In this document: piece by piece, positions 33,610 to 35,451 of the stretch
Position numbering within the stretch: position 1 is the stretch's first letter
How the letters are laid out: each line of letters opens with the position of its first letter
Source: an uncultured Thermotogae bacterium
GTDB taxonomy: Bacteria > Bipolaricaulota > Bipolaricaulia > M55B111
Direction of reading: 5' to 3'
NCBI GenBank assembly: GCA_964638365.1
Contig: CAZWZR010000001.1
Location: forward strand, 1 to 35,451
Length of the DNA: 35,451 nt
Notes under the pieces: generated by a model
Seen by the model: only the letters and a program-made list of their open reading frames with translations
Told to the model about the DNA's origin: nothing
Database searches by the model: none
Translations under genes and position numbers: made by a program

Positions 33610-35451
33610 TTAACCTTCGTAACCCTTGGAAATCGGATAGACGTAGGACCAGGAACTGGAATACATCGGGTTGAACGGTACATCCTGGACCCAGGACCTC
33701 ATTACGCGAACTCCTTCAGCCTGTGGTAACCAGACGTCTATCGCGTCTTCCTTTGCCAGTCTCTGCAGTTCGTAGTAGATTTCCTTACGTTCCTGCTCGT
33801 CCACCGTCTGCATGGCTTCTTCAATCAGCGGGTCGTACTTTTCCATGGCGAGTTCGTGCATACCTTGCCCCTGCCAGCCGGAAAAAGTACCGTCCGAAGC
33901 CATGAATGGCGTAACGAAGTTATGCGGATCCGGAAAGTCAGCAATCCAGCCAATCAGGAACAACGGGGTCCTCTCCTGAACCATCATGTCCAGGTAGGTG
34001 GACCAGTCGACGCTTCTCACGTTTATGTCGAAGTTGTCGTTTAGTTGTTCTATGTTGGCCTCGAATATATCTGCCGCGGTTTTCCGGGATTCGTTGCCCG
34101 AGTTGTAGAGTATGGTAAACTCGAAGCCCTTCTCCCAGAGTTCGCCGTCGTGGGCTTCCTTCAGCAGCTCTTCCGCCCTGTCCAGGTCGTGGCTGGCCAG
34201 TTCCAGTTCTTCGTTGTAGTAGGGCTGCATGTTTTTCGGTACCGGACCGTTGGTTTTGTAGCCGTAGCCCTGGAGTACCTGTTCTATGAATGCCTCGTAC
34301 TCGAAGGCGTACTTGAAGGCCTTCCTGACCTTGACGTCGTTGAAGAAGTTCGAGGGGATCCCATCGCCCCAGCTACCGGAACCGACGTATTCGTTATCCT
34401 CGGTCTGAACGTCCTGTGTAAAGAATGCAGCCGGGTTCATCTGGATCGTCGGTAGACCAGTCTGCACGGTAATTCCTTCCGCTCCTTTGACCTGATCCAT
34501 GTACTGGAGCGGCATGTAGGCAATATCCGCTTCACCGTTCATCAGCTGCAGCCTTCTCGTTCCCCACTCCTGGGTCTTCTGAAGGACGAAACTTTCAAGT
34601 TCAGCTGGCTCCCTCCAGTAGTCCTCGTAGCTGGAGAATACGGCTTCCTGGCCGGGTTCCCAGCGGTCAAGCTTAAACGGACCCGTACCGTTGGCCACGT
34701 CGTAAAGCGGGGATTCTTCTGCAGCCGAACCTCCGCCGGGGTTGTGGTATTCCACCCAGGTTTCGGCAGTCCCGGGCCAGCCACCCTGTTCTTCAACCCA
34801 TTGCTTATCCACTACTGAAGACCAATAGGAACTATGGGCCAGAATGTTCATGATCGGCGGGTAGGGATCGGGTAAATTGATTATTACGCTCTGCCCCTTT
34901 ACCTCGACCGCCGGGTCTATGTACGAATTGAAGGCAGCAACGCGGTCAGCAGAAGAGGTTTCGCTGAATTCTTCGACCCCTGCCACGTCGTTAACAAGGG
35001 CCTTAATGCTACCGTACCCTGTCAGCGGTTCCAGAAGCATCCAGCTGGGGCCACCGGACCTGTCCTGGATCATCGTCCGTTCCAGGGAGTACTCGACGTC
35101 TTCCGGAGTCAGTTCGTTTCCATTATGGAATGTAACGCCTTCCCTGATCGGGAACTCGTAAATTATTCCGCCATCCGGCGTCTCCCTGACCAGACCGTTC
35201 TCCGTGGTAGGGACCTTCGTGGCCAGCATGGGTTCGTATTCACTCACGCTGTAGTCTTCCGGTTTCTTCTCGTTCCCATCCACGACCCCATAAGGGTAAC
35301 TAATAAGGTTTTCGTAAATATTGCCAATTATGTCTCCACTGGCAGTATCATAGGCATAAGAAGGATCAAGTGTGTTAGCTGTTCCCGTGGTGACTGCAGT
35401 TAACGTATCCGGGTTCTGCACCTCGGGTTTTTCCTGCGCTAGACCAGCAAC
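33610..35451 (-). CDS. ABC transporter substrate-binding protein, family 5 (peptide/oligosaccharide/nickel type); N-terminus off the window
   Basis: The sequence shows family-5 SBP features. The track start at 35421 is a GTG, but the frame stays open upstream to base 35451 (VAGLAQEKPE-VQNPDT). The signal or lipoprotein peptide therefore lies beyond the window edge. Confidence 0.85.
   Translation of the reverse strand, partial: VAGLAQEKPEVQNPDTLTAVTTGTANTLDPSYAYDTASGDIIGNIYENLISYPYGVVDGNEKKPEDYSVSEYEPMLATKVPTTENGLVRETPDGGIIYEFPIREGVTFHNGNELTPEDVEYSLERTMIQDRSGGPSWMLLEPLTGYGSIKALVNDVAGVEEFSETSSADRVAAFNSYIDPAVEVKGQSVIINLPDPYPPIMNILAHSSYWSSVVDKQWVEEQGGWPGTAETWVEYHNPGGGSAAEESPLYDVANGTGPFKLDRWEPGQEAVFSSYEDYWREPAELESFVLQKTQEWGTRRLQLMNGEADIAYMPLQYMDQVKGAEGITVQTGLPTIQMNPAAFFTQDVQTEDNEYVGSGSWGDGIPSNFFNDVKVRKAFKYAFEYEAFIEQVLQGYGYKTNGPVPKNMQPYYNEELELASHDLDRAEELLKEAHDGELWEKGFEFTILYNSGNESRKTAADIFEANIEQLNDNFDINVRSVDWSTYLDMMVQERTPLFLIGWIADFPDPHNFVTPFMASDGTFSGWQGQGMHELAMEKYDPLIEEAMQTVDEQERKEIYYELQRLAKEDAIDVWLPQAEGVRVMRSWVQDVPFNPMYSSSWSYVYPISKGYEG

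Noticed and set aside
1-35451. A search for CRISPR repeats, IS or transposase ends, integrases, phage genes, toxin-antitoxin pairs, reverse transcriptases and restriction or other defence genes.
   Set aside because: No regularly spaced direct repeats were seen, and no ORF has motifs from those families. Every ORF above about 90 aa on the coding strand is accounted for by housekeeping or metabolic functions, or by the single giant OMP-like gene.

Overview
This is a bacterial chromosomal window and is almost entirely coding. I count 32 CDSs and 4 tRNA genes, and all but one gene lie on the minus strand.

**Core block (about 19.5-28.4 kb).** This is the classic translation/transcription cluster, read in minus-strand order: tRNA-Thr(UGU), tRNA-Tyr, tRNA-Thr(GGU), tuf, rpmG, tRNA-Trp, secE, nusG, rplK, rplA, rplJ, rplL, rpoB.

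**Flanking regions:**
- An anaerobe-type redox and oxygen-detoxification cluster: a two-subunit 2-oxoacid:ferredoxin oxidoreductase, a Cys-rich zinc-ribbon protein, superoxide reductase, ferredoxin, and a divergently transcribed flavodiiron protein.
- Sulfur and small-molecule genes: pterin carbinolamine dehydratase, O-acetylhomoserine sulfhydrylase, a GGT-like protein, KptA, and a GAF/fRMsr protein.
- A GDP-mannose pair (PGI/PMI and ManC) headed by an uncharacterised 1,314-aa outer-membrane-type protein.
- A Nudix / MBL-hydrolase / PriA-like unit directly behind rpoB.
- An EF-G-like / CBS-ACT / YjbQ unit.
- A family-5 ABC importer with the binding protein and two permeases but no ATPase genes.

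**What I did not find.** There is no CRISPR array, transposase, integrase, phage gene, toxin-antitoxin pair or recognisable defence system. I cannot point to a clear self-contained novel system.

**Strongest oddities:**
- The giant propeller-plus-barrel protein.
- A PriA homolog whose helicase/ATPase motifs are all degenerate.
- rpoB followed by an overlapping Nudix gene instead of rpoC.
- An EF-G paralog lacking the catalytic switch-II histidine.
- A NusG with an insertion of about 175 aa.

**Lineage hints.** The proteins, including the exported ones, are markedly acidic. Together with the gene content this suggests an anaerobic, diderm, possibly halophilic lineage, which I cannot name from sequence alone.

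**ORF track gaps.** The supplied track misses three real genes or gene parts: the edge-truncated OFOR beta subunit at 1-864, the 49-aa rpmG, and the open 5' end of the binding-protein gene at 35422-35451.
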